From: Candidatus Bathyarchaeum tardum
Lineage (GTDB): Archaea > Thermoproteota > Bathyarchaeia > Bathyarchaeales > Bathyarchaeaceae
Reading direction: 5' to 3'
Length of the DNA stretch: 64,000 nucleotides
Assembly: GCA_024650005.2 (NCBI GenBank)
Contig: CP122380.1
Location: forward strand, 1,600,001 to 1,664,000
The notes below the pieces were generated by a model, which had not been told where the DNA came from, made no database searches, and saw only the letters and a list, made by a program, of their open reading frames with translations. The translations under genes and the position numbers were made by a program. Positions 29,904-38,834 of this stretch are shown here, piece by piece (positions within the stretch are counted from its first letter, which is position 1; the number at the start of each line of letters is the position of its first letter).

Positions 29904-30637
29904 TTGGTTTCACTGCCTGCAAGCCCGCTTTGGAGTTTTTCGATTTCTTCATCGCTTATTACTTTGAGTTTTTGGGTCTCTGCAGGAATTACAGTTAATT
30001 TGATTCTTTTGGGTTCGCCTCTTGCTTCAAGGGCTTTTGTTAGACATTTTGCAGCAAGTTTTGTGGCTGCGTCTAAAGTTAGGTCTTCATTGTATTCTTC
30101 TTTTAGAATACCTTCAACAGTTTCTCGACCAATACCTACTGCTACTGCCTTGTAGCCCCTGTAGGAGCCACTGGGGTCAGTTGAGAAGACTCTACTGCCA
30201 GTTTTGTCGACGCCACCAAAGATGATTGAAACACCAAAGGGTCGAACACCAGCATGTTGAGTGTAAAGTTGTTTTACGTCTCCAACACGTTTGGTCATTA
30301 TTTCAACATCAATGGGTTCATCATAGGTTAACCGGTTACTTTGGGCATATACCCGAGCTTGGTCAATTAGGACACGTGCGTCAGAACCCAATCCAACAAC
30401 TGCTGCTCCAAGATGGTCATCTATGGCGTACAGTTTCCACGTGAAATTTGTATCCTGTAGGGGAGTTTCAATTTTTTCTTCTGCCCCTAAAACTACTCCA
30501 TTTTTACAGGCCATTCCAATAATTGTTGCCCCTCGATTTACGGTTTCTAGGGCATATTCTACCTGAAATAGGCGACCATCAGGAGAAAATACTGTAATAG
30601 TGCGATCGTAAGCACCTGGTGCGGCAAATACAGACAA
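29900..30637 (-). CDS. psmA: Proteasome alpha subunit
   Basis: YDRTITVFSPDGRLFQVEYA, RPFGVS, TDPSG; GAGGTG SD before TTG. Confidence 0.97.
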   Translation of the reverse strand: MSVFAAPGAYDRTITVFSPDGRLFQVEYALETVNRGATIIGMACKNGVVLGAEEKIETPLQDTNFTWKLYAIDDHLGAAVVGLGSDARVLIDQARVYAQSNRLTYDEPIDVEIMTKRVGDVKQLYTQHAGVRPFGVSIIFGGVDKTGSRVFSTDPSGSYRGYKAVAVGIGRETVEGILKEEYNEDLTLDAATKLAAKCLTKALEARGEPKRIKLTVIPAETQKLKVISDEEIEKLQSGLAGSETK

Positions 30638-31102
30638 ACCATTTCACCTCATACATGAACTACGTTTTGTCTCTGATGTAATAAGGCGGAACTAAAAACC
30701 TTTTCGCATCCCACCAAAGAACAATAAAGTTTTGGTTGTCAACGGACTGCAAACAATCAAATTGTTCTACATCAACATATTTGAATTGATCAAGATTTGA
30801 CAGATAACACAATCTCATTTAGCAATAAAACGAAATATTTAGGAAAAAAAGATATCCCTGAGAAATGTGTAAAAAAAATAAAAAAATTCTTTGATTTAAT
30901 TAAAATTTTTTTGTATTTTAAAGCAGTAGAAAAATTTTTTGGGGCGGGATTAATTGTTTTCAATTAAAACGCATAGTTTTAGTTTAAAGTTTTTGTGAAC
31001 ACAGTGGACATAAATAAAACTTTAAAAAAGTAAGCACATTTAAGTATAAGATTTATTTTACAAAAAGGTAAAGTATTACATAACTCAGAAAGGTGTTAAT
31101 TA

Positions 31103-32134
31103 GTGAAAGCATGGCAAATCGACGACATTAACAACAATATTTTGCAGGCATTAATGAAAGATGCACGCACAAGTTTTACTCAAATGGCAAAAGAAAACAA
31201 CACATCCGTTGCAGCCATACGAAATAGGTATATAAACTTAGAAAAAGCAGGCGTAATTAACGGGTCAATGACCTACATTAACCCACATTTTATCGGGTTT
31301 GATTGTTATGGGTTTTTGGGAGTTAAAGTTCATCCAAAAAATAAACAAGAAATTTGGGACTACCTAATCAAGCAACCGTACATTCTTTCAATATGGCATA
31401 AAACCCAAGAAATCAATATTGGGACATTTTTTGCTGCATCTAACTTGGATTATTTTACTGCAGTAACTGATGAATTAAGAAGCCATCCCCACGTAAAAAG
31501 CATTCAACCGCTAATTTTTGTGGGATTACCCCATAATCATTACCCAGAAAACCTTACCCTCCAATTAAACCAAGAAATCAAAAATCTGCATAGTTTTGAA
31601 GAAGACTTTGAAGTAGCGGAATACAACGAAGATGAGGAGCCATTCAAAAAACACCTCTTTAGACCAGTTCAATTAACTAAGATGAAAAAAACAGATCGAG
31701 AAATTGCCAAGATTTTGACGAACGATGCCCGAACACCTTTTAGTTATATTGCTAATTATCTTAACAAATCCACTGCTTTTGTAATTAACAGATATGCAAA
31801 ACTAAAAGAAAAAGGATTATTCATACGGTCCTCAATTACCCTTGACCTCAAAAAATTGGGGTATCAAGCTAACGCCATGGTTTATATTACAGCAAAGATT
31901 GGCACAAAAATTTCGGACGTTCATCGAGCAGCATCAGAGATTCCAAACGTAATCAGCTTAACCAAAATCATAGGCAGCTGTGACATGTTGGCAATAATTC
32001 CTTTAGCATCTTTCAAAGATTTGTTCACCATTGAAAAACAGTTACGAACCATAAACGGAATAGAAAAAATCCAGATAAATATAAACCCACCATTCACGAA
32101 ATGGCCAGCTAACATGTTTGGTTCAGTATTCTAG
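31103..32134 (+). CDS. Tandem (double) Lrp/AsnC family regulator
   Basis: Two HTH-RAM units (L.KDARTSFT.MA and LTNDARTPFS.IA). Confidence 0.85.
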   Translation: MKAWQIDDINNNILQALMKDARTSFTQMAKENNTSVAAIRNRYINLEKAGVINGSMTYINPHFIGFDCYGFLGVKVHPKNKQEIWDYLIKQPYILSIWHKTQEINIGTFFAASNLDYFTAVTDELRSHPHVKSIQPLIFVGLPHNHYPENLTLQLNQEIKNLHSFEEDFEVAEYNEDEEPFKKHLFRPVQLTKMKKTDREIAKILTNDARTPFSYIANYLNKSTAFVINRYAKLKEKGLFIRSSITLDLKKLGYQANAMVYITAKIGTKISDVHRAASEIPNVISLTKIIGSCDMLAIIPLASFKDLFTIEKQLRTINGIEKIQININPPFTKWPANMFGSVF

Positions 32135-32381
32135 ACGGCACATCAAAACACTTGGATAAAACCAAGTTAATTTTTTTACAAATTTTTATTCAAAAAAGAT
32201 AATGAAAAAATAGCTTACATTTCATTCATCATGTTTATAGGTCCCCAATAGAACAATCATATAACTAAGTTAATAACAATTGACCTTAGTGTGTACGTAA
32301 ATCTGCATTATGTCGTCAGAACACACGAAAACGTCAATTGTATTTGCCAACAGTTTGGCAGTTAACGGGATTTGAACATAA

Positions 32382-32672
32382 ATGAATGACGCAAGTGAAG
32401 AATTCAGAACTAAATTTCCAAAATTATGTGCAACTATAGCAATTGCTCTAATATTCACAGGTATTAGTCAGATTGCTGGATGGACACTAAAGGGCTTGAG
32501 TTATGAAATTGTGTTTTTGTTACAAACTGGATTACTTCTTGCAGCAGGAATTTTTTTGGTGCGAACTCTATTTAACACTTTAACAATTTGCAGAACTACT
32601 GAAAAAAAGACCAACGGATTTGCAAACCGTATTTCAAGTTCAAACAAAGGGGATGAAAAAAATTCAAAATAA
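32382..32672 (+). pseudogene. Short 2-TM ORF, possibly a truncated membrane-protein gene
   Basis: Two TM helices then a polar tail overlapping the kamA start. Confidence 0.35.
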
Positions 32673-33780
32673 TATTTGTACAGTTGAACAGTTAAAGAAA
32701 TACATTGAATTAACACCCAATAAAGAGAAAAAATTGGAAAAAATTGTTCAAAAACATCCAATGTGTGTTACACCATATTACATGTCATTAATAGATTGGG
32801 AGGACCCTAACGACCCAATTAGAAAGATGGCAATACCTTCAATCGAAGAACTAAATTTGGAAGGCTCTTACGACACAAGTGGTGAAGCAGAGAACACCAA
32901 AATGCCGGGGCTTCAGCATAAATATTCAGAGACATCTCTGATATTAGCAACAAACAAGTGCGCAATGTATTGTAGGCACTGTTTTAGGAAACGGCTTGTT
33001 GGGTTGAAAACAAAAGAGATAATTGAACGTTTTGAGGATTCTGCAACTTACATAAGACAACATGAAGAAATCAACAATGTTTTAGTGACAGGTGGCGACC
33101 CGCTAGTACTAGAAAATGAAGTTATTGAAAAACTTCTGTTGATTTTGTCGGATATTCCCCAGATAAAATTTATCAGGTTTGGCAGCAGAGCACCAGTGAC
33201 TTTTCCTTCAAGGTTTGAAGACAAAAAACTGTTAAAGATTTTATCAAAATATTGTCATCTAAATCGAAGAATATACGTTGTTACCCAGTTTAACCATCCG
33301 CAAGAAATAACCAAACAGGCAATCAAAGCAGTAGATAATCTATTGAAAGCAGGAGTTATTGTAAACAATCAAACTGTATTGCTTAAAGGGGTAAACGATA
33401 ACCCAGTTACGTTAACCAAGTTACTAAATAAACTAGTCAGCATAGGCGTTGTTCCATATTATTTGTTCCAATGCAGACCAGTCAAAGGGGTTAAAGGAAA
33501 TTTTCAAGTGGCACTTACTAAGGCAATAAAAATTGTTGAAGAAACAAAGAAGCACTGTAACGGTCTTAGTAAACGATTCAGATACATTATGTCTCATAGG
33601 ACAGGAAAAATTGAGATAATTGGAATTTTTGATAACGAAATTTTCTTTAAATATCATCAAGCCAAAAACAGAAACAAAATCGGAAAAATCTTCAAAAGAC
33701 CAATCAAAGAAGAAGCATGCTGGTTAGATGAACTAAAAATGCCAATAGAAGAAAACGATTTTGCGCCCTATCTGTTGTAG
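32653..33780 (+). CDS. kamA: KamA family radical SAM aminomutase (lysine 2,3-aminomutase-like)
   Basis: TPYY, GLQHKY, CAMYCRHCFRKR, TGGDPL, NHPQE, NQTVLLKGVND, PYYLFQC, GKIEI. Confidence 0.9.
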   Translation: MKKIQNNICTVEQLKKYIELTPNKEKKLEKIVQKHPMCVTPYYMSLIDWEDPNDPIRKMAIPSIEELNLEGSYDTSGEAENTKMPGLQHKYSETSLILATNKCAMYCRHCFRKRLVGLKTKEIIERFEDSATYIRQHEEINNVLVTGGDPLVLENEVIEKLLLILSDIPQIKFIRFGSRAPVTFPSRFEDKKLLKILSKYCHLNRRIYVVTQFNHPQEITKQAIKAVDNLLKAGVIVNNQTVLLKGVNDNPVTLTKLLNKLVSIGVVPYYLFQCRPVKGVKGNFQVALTKAIKIVEETKKHCNGLSKRFRYIMSHRTGKIEIIGIFDNEIFFKYHQAKNRNKIGKIFKRPIKEEACWLDELKMPIEENDFAPYLL

Positions 33781-34100
33781 TATTTGTCTACGGTAACTTT
33801 GTAGATTTCTAAGGCTTTCACTGGACCTTCTATTACTCGCGCAGTATGTCGCGTGTTGGCGAGAACAAACATTGAGTCCTTTGGTTTCATTACTGTTTTT
33901 TTGTCTTGAAAAATGAATTCCATTACTCCTTCTAAAACTACGACAAGGTGTTCAACGGGGTGTTCGTGAAATGGGAGGTCTACTGTTTGGTTTTTGAGTT
34001 CAAAATAGTTCAGGGTTAAATCGTTTCCGTGAATTAGTCTTACTAGAACATTTTTGTATAATTCTTTTTCCTTTAATGAATCCAGTTGAAAAGAAATCAC
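33768..34100 (-). CDS. Cupin domain protein
   Basis: PFHEHPVEHLVVVLEG and ANTRH motifs. Confidence 0.85.
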   Translation of the reverse strand: MISFQLDSLKEKELYKNVLVRLIHGNDLTLNYFELKNQTVDLPFHEHPVEHLVVVLEGVMEFIFQDKKTVMKPKDSMFVLANTRHTARVIEGPVKALEIYKVTVDKYYNR

Positions 34101-34213
34101 GCAAGTTACCTCTAATCCAGATATTCTAAACAGTTACAAAGTTTATGTAGTTTACGTCCACACATGAAAACTTAAATGCAAAGCTTCGTTTTTAATCCGA
34201 AAGCCTTAGAACA

Positions 34214-35410
34214 GTGGATTTCACTATTTTGAATAACCCAAAGCAGGTAAACAAATTGATAAACGAAGAGTCAAGCAAGTGGAATCACCTATTTACTGCA
34301 GTTTTAATCATTCTTATCGTAAACACTGGAGTATTCATAGTAGGGTTTTGGAACAATCAAAATCAACTAGAAACAATGGAAACCACAATTACTGAACAAA
34401 ATAACAAAATCCAAGACTTGGAAAATCAACTAGAAATTTTTGACGTAATCAATGAAACAGGTTTAATGCCGTGGCCTACCATTTACAATCAACTAAAAGA
34501 TTCGGTTGTTCTGATCAAAACTGACCTAGGATTAGGTTCAGGATTTATTTATGACACCAAAGGACATATTGTAACTAATTATCACGTAATCGAAAGCGCA
34601 GAAAATATAGAAGTTACATTCTTAGACGGAAACATTTCATCAGCTGAAATAATTGGCCTGGACATTTACAGCGATTTAGCAATAATCAAAGTGAACCCGG
34701 AAACTACAATATTAAAGCCAGTAGTTCTTGGCAGTTCATCTGAATTAATTGTAGGAGAACCAGTTGCAGCAATGGGGAACCCGTATGGTCTAAGTGACAC
34801 AATAACTGTGGGTATTGTTTCATCTCTTCAAAGAAGCTTAGAAGCGACAGGAGGATACTTAATTATAGACATAATCCAAATTGACGCCGCAATCAATCCG
34901 GGTAACTCAGGGGGTCCATTAGTTAACTTGCATGGTCAAGTAGTAGGACTGAACACAGCCATACAATCAGAAACAGGTTCATTTACAGGAATAGGGTTTG
35001 CAATTCCCTCAGATACTATTAAACGTGAAATTAATGATTTAATTGAAACTGGCAGTTACAAACATCCGTGGTTAGGCATATCAGGATTAAAAGTGAACTT
35101 AGCATTAGCGGATGCCATTGGCTTGGATAAACCTCAAGGAATACTAGTAATTGATGTCACGTCTGGCAGCCCGGCAGATTTAGCAGGTATAAGAGGCTCA
35201 ACCGAAACAGGATTTGTTGATGGCATTGAAACTCCACTAGGTGGCGACGTGATTATTGAAGTCGATGGCATCAAAGTTATCAGCATGAACGATTTGGCAA
35301 TTTATATGGAACAAAATACCAGTCCAAAAGATTCAGTTGTTTTCACAATAATCAGAGACGGCCAAAAAATCGACATAACGGCAACCTTGGGACAAAGACC
35401 CCAACCATAA
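34214..35410 (+). CDS. htrA: HtrA/DegP-like serine protease with PDZ, membrane anchored
   Basis: TM + coiled coil, GSGF, TNYHV, SDLA, DAAINPGNSGGPL, PDZ (WLGI, GSPA..AG, GGDVI); real start may be TTG 34256. Confidence 0.92.
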   Translation: MDFTILNNPKQVNKLINEESSKWNHLFTAVLIILIVNTGVFIVGFWNNQNQLETMETTITEQNNKIQDLENQLEIFDVINETGLMPWPTIYNQLKDSVVLIKTDLGLGSGFIYDTKGHIVTNYHVIESAENIEVTFLDGNISSAEIIGLDIYSDLAIIKVNPETTILKPVVLGSSSELIVGEPVAAMGNPYGLSDTITVGIVSSLQRSLEATGGYLIIDIIQIDAAINPGNSGGPLVNLHGQVVGLNTAIQSETGSFTGIGFAIPSDTIKREINDLIETGSYKHPWLGISGLKVNLALADAIGLDKPQGILVIDVTSGSPADLAGIRGSTETGFVDGIETPLGGDVIIEVDGIKVISMNDLAIYMEQNTSPKDSVVFTIIRDGQKIDITATLGQRPQP

Positions 35411-35422
35411 ATAGTACCAAAC

Positions 35423-36682
35423 TTATTCCATTTTAGTCAAAATGGCTTTAGATTGTCTCTTTCCCCCAGCCAAATATTCTATCATGTCATCGTCAAATTC
35501 AAACCAACTGGATAAGCCTGCAGCCATTTCAATGTTATTTTGGAAAATAACCTTCAAGTAAGGAAAAACTTGTTTGACACTTCGGATAGCGCCAACGTGA
35601 CATTTCTTGCGGATTTTCATGCCCATACGGAACTGTAGAGCACGTTCCCCCTTGGTACTCGAAAGCATACGAATTTTACTTGGAAAACGGAAAGGAATCC
35701 AACCTGAAGATTTGCTGTTTTGTCGAGCAGCTGTTACACCTGAAGTTGTAAAATCCATAACATACTTCAGAAAACCCCAGTTTTGAGTATCACGGATTCT
35801 TTGACGATAAATATCGGCCAAAGCCAGAGAATTCATTGCTTTAACTAGGTCATGAGGATCGTTAAGATGATAAGGAGCATTTTCGTAAACCCAATGAAAC
35901 AACATATCAGGGTCCACATCAACACTGCCTGCAGCTTTTTTTGCTTCCCAACCATCTCGAGAATAAAGTATGGTTTGCATGACTTTGAAAATTTCTTCTT
36001 TCCGGTCACGCCCAGATAACCATGCAACATCTTCTTTTGTTAAATGTGTTTTTCCCTGTGCCAAGGCTTGAAGGTCATTAACTGCAGACCTGACATCACG
36101 TCCGGCACGCTCAACAATTAAGTGCAGAGCTTCTTCGTCAGCGTTGATTCCTTCTTTTTCACAGATTTGCTTAAGGTGACTGATGCCTTCACGAATTGTG
36201 GGATTCTTAAATCCAATAACTTCAGAATATTTACGGATTGTAGTAAAACGACTACTAAAAGCGTCATTTGCAGTGAGAATAATGGGGCTTTTACTTTCTT
36301 TCAAAATTTTTGTGAGTTCTTTAATTCCACCACGGTCAACTTGCCCGGCGATTCCGTCAACTTCATCCAACAGGATTAATCGTTTTCCACCAAACAAAGT
36401 AGCATACTGAGAAGCCAGACCAGCAAAACGTTTGATTGCATCTGCTGTCCGGTAGTCGCTGGCGTTTTTTTCGATTAATTCCATGTTTAGTTCTTTAGCT
36501 AAAGTTTCAACTGTTACTGTTTTACCTACCCCTGGAGACCCATGCAAAAGAACTGCCCGTTTTTCGGGAATTCCACAATCCCAAGATTTTAGCCAATCAC
36601 GAACCATCTCTTTGGATTTTTTGTTGCCTACTATTTCGTCTAGGCTTTGAGGCTTATGCTTTTGGGTCCAAGTGGTGGACAA
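35423..36682 (-). CDS. rfcL: Replication factor C large subunit
   Basis: WTQKHKP, GSPGVGKT, NASDYR, LLDEVD, DVRSAVNDLQ. Confidence 0.94.
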   Translation of the reverse strand: MSTTWTQKHKPQSLDEIVGNKKSKEMVRDWLKSWDCGIPEKRAVLLHGSPGVGKTVTVETLAKELNMELIEKNASDYRTADAIKRFAGLASQYATLFGGKRLILLDEVDGIAGQVDRGGIKELTKILKESKSPIILTANDAFSSRFTTIRKYSEVIGFKNPTIREGISHLKQICEKEGINADEEALHLIVERAGRDVRSAVNDLQALAQGKTHLTKEDVAWLSGRDRKEEIFKVMQTILYSRDGWEAKKAAGSVDVDPDMLFHWVYENAPYHLNDPHDLVKAMNSLALADIYRQRIRDTQNWGFLKYVMDFTTSGVTAARQNSKSSGWIPFRFPSKIRMLSSTKGERALQFRMGMKIRKKCHVGAIRSVKQVFPYLKVIFQNNIEMAAGLSSWFEFDDDMIEYLAGGKRQSKAILTKME

Positions 36683-36686
36683 TCAG

Positions 36687-37658
36687 TTATGCTCCTTGTG
36701 TGAGTTCTTGACCAGCTTCTGTAATTCGAGCAAGCAGGGCACTTAACTGAACTTCCACGTCGGCCCCTTGAACCATGCGAAAATCAGCTTCGCCTATAGC
36801 TTCACTGAGGGTAACTTTCCAAGAATCAGGCAACATCGACCGAAAAACTGCACCATGAATCTGCTTGATAATGTCACTTCCAGCTACGCCGTACTTCATT
36901 ATCATTTCTCGAAGCTGTTTTCGGGCAGCTAAAAAGTCGCCTTTCATAGCAGTTTTTAGCATCTCGTTAACATCTTCAGGGTTTGCATGACCAATAACAG
37001 AATAAACAGTTTCAGCATCAATCACTTTACCCATAGAAGCTGCAGCTTGAATAGCATTAGTTGCACGTCGAAGATCACCTTGGCTGACTTCAAAGATTGC
37101 GTCATAGCCTTCATCTAAGATTTTGATGTTTTCTTTTTTTATAATGTTACGCAAGTAACAGTTTTGGTCCTGCTGTGAAAGATAACTAAACCGGAAAGGG
37201 GCACACCGTGACTGTAACGGATCAATAATTTTGCCACTGTAGTTTGCAATCATAACGAAACGGCAAGTTTCTGTGAAGCGTTCCATGGTTCGCCTTAAAG
37301 CTTGCTGAGCATCTGAAGTCATGTTGTCAGCTTCATCAAGAATCAATATCTTGAAAGGAATTTCACCAATCGAACGGGTTCGAGCAAAAGTTTTCACAGT
37401 TTCCCGAACCATCTTTATTCCACGTTCGTCACTGGCGTTCAGTTCCATAAGGTGTTCTCGGTAACTGTCGCCGTACAGGTCTCGAGCCATACACAAAGCT
37501 GCAGTTGTTTTTCCAGTTCCTGGGGGACCAGCAAAAATGCAATGAGGAACATTTTTTGCTTTTGCGAAACTTTTCAGGCGGTCAACAATTTCTTTCTGGT
37601 TAATAATTTCGCTTAATGATTTGGGGCGATACTTTTCAGCCCACATCTCGTAACTCAA
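36687..37658 (-). CDS. rfcS: Replication factor C small subunit
   Basis: WAEKYRP, GPPGTGKT, ELNASDERG, LDEAD, ALRRTME, QSRC; no intein. Confidence 0.97.
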   Translation of the reverse strand: MSYEMWAEKYRPKSLSEIINQKEIVDRLKSFAKAKNVPHCIFAGPPGTGKTTAALCMARDLYGDSYREHLMELNASDERGIKMVRETVKTFARTRSIGEIPFKILILDEADNMTSDAQQALRRTMERFTETCRFVMIANYSGKIIDPLQSRCAPFRFSYLSQQDQNCYLRNIIKKENIKILDEGYDAIFEVSQGDLRRATNAIQAAASMGKVIDAETVYSVIGHANPEDVNEMLKTAMKGDFLAARKQLREMIMKYGVAGSDIIKQIHGAVFRSMLPDSWKVTLSEAIGEADFRMVQGADVEVQLSALLARITEAGQELTQGA

Positions 37659-37738
37659 ACCTTAGCCTCCGTGACGATTAATAGAAAAAAGTCAGTTATA
37701 AATTAGTTCTCGTACCAAAATTTTGGAAATATAATAAC

Positions 37739-38296
37739 TTATGACCGTTTTGAGAACCCATAAGTTCCTACTTTTTTGTTTAAGTTCCAGTATTCACCAA
37801 CATTGAAAACAAAAGGATCCGCTTTCTTGAAATCAATTTTGCCTTTTTCATCCAAGACGTTTTCATCGATATGGACTTGAACAACTTCTCCCAGAAATAA
37901 GTCATGGGCACCCAAAGGAATTATGTCCTTCAGAACACATTCAAGGTTCACAGGACATTCCTGAATCATTGGAACTTGAACATTGTAAGCTTTTTCTGGA
38001 GTAAACTTAGTTTCAGAAAACTTTTCAACGTCTCTGCCTGAAGCTACTCCGCAGTAATCTGTTTCTTGAATGAACTTGAGTGAAGGAATGTTCACGACAA
38101 ACTCTTGGATATCTTTAATCAACTGGTAAGAATAACGGGTTGGTCGGATACTTACTCCTACCATTGGAGGTTCAGAACATACGGTTCCTGCCCACGCCAA
38201 AGTAATAATGTTAGGTTTTCCATCTGAATCTACACAACTAACAAGAACCACTGGACAAGGAAACAACGCAGTAAAAGCATTCTTTTGAATTTTCAT
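37739..38296 (-). CDS. Flavin reductase-like (flavoredoxin) protein
   Basis: PCPVVLVS, NIITLAW, EFVVNIP, SGRDV.KF, ECPVNLEC, GAHDLFLGEV. Confidence 0.9.
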   Translation of the reverse strand: MKIQKNAFTALFPCPVVLVSCVDSDGKPNIITLAWAGTVCSEPPMVGVSIRPTRYSYQLIKDIQEFVVNIPSLKFIQETDYCGVASGRDVEKFSETKFTPEKAYNVQVPMIQECPVNLECVLKDIIPLGAHDLFLGEVVQVHIDENVLDEKGKIDFKKADPFVFNVGEYWNLNKKVGTYGFSKRS

Positions 38297-38492
38297 AAAA
38301 TAATCTCTGGAAAGAACAAGTATTAACATTTTCTGAGACATATTTGGGTACCAAATAATAAAGCGCCTATAAGTTTGGATATTTTCAAGGAGTTATGTTT
38401 TGGACGGTTTTATTGATGTATCGAAACTTTAGGAAAAACAATAGTTTAATCAAATATCTATTTAAGCAGTTTTAAATGATGAATAATGGTTT

Positions 38493-38581
38493 ATATCATA
38501 AGATCGTAAAAAATGTGATATTGTGATATTAAATTTTGGGTTATCATGATACTTAAAAAAATCAAATAAACAAATATCATG
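38493..38581. repeat. Cluster of TATCAY/RTGATA motifs in an AT-rich divergent intergenic region
   Basis: ATATCAT 38493, TGTGATAT x2 38514-38529, palindrome TATCATGATA 38542-51, ATATCATG 38574. Confidence 0.45.
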
Positions 38582-38670
38582 TTTTTATGTCAAAATTTAG
38601 CTTAAGTATAAATACGCAACCGATAATTTCAGTTTGCTTAAGATCAAATAAAAGAAAGATTGGATATTAA

Positions 38671-38814
38671 ATGACAAAAAATGCAGAAAAAACCATCTGC
38701 ACTGTTTGTGGCTTCGAATTTGAGGCAAAAGATGGAATAAACGTTTCGTGCGAGGGACAAAAATATGTTGCATGCCCAAAATGTGGAAGTACCAAACGAT
38801 CAAGAATCTTCTGA
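38671..38814 (+). CDS. 47-aa zinc-ribbon microprotein (CxxC...CPxCG)
   Basis: MTKNAEKTICTVCGFEFEAKDGINVSCEGQKYVACPKCGSTKRSRIF; TATA-like TAAGTATAAAT upstream; 20 nt before next gene. Confidence 0.8.
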   Translation: MTKNAEKTICTVCGFEFEAKDGINVSCEGQKYVACPKCGSTKRSRIF

Positions 38815-38834
38815 AGATGTAGGAAAAAGATACC

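Noticed and set aside
30660-31100. AT-rich region as replication origin
   Set aside because: No ORB repeats; consistent with divergent promoters of psmA and the Lrp gene
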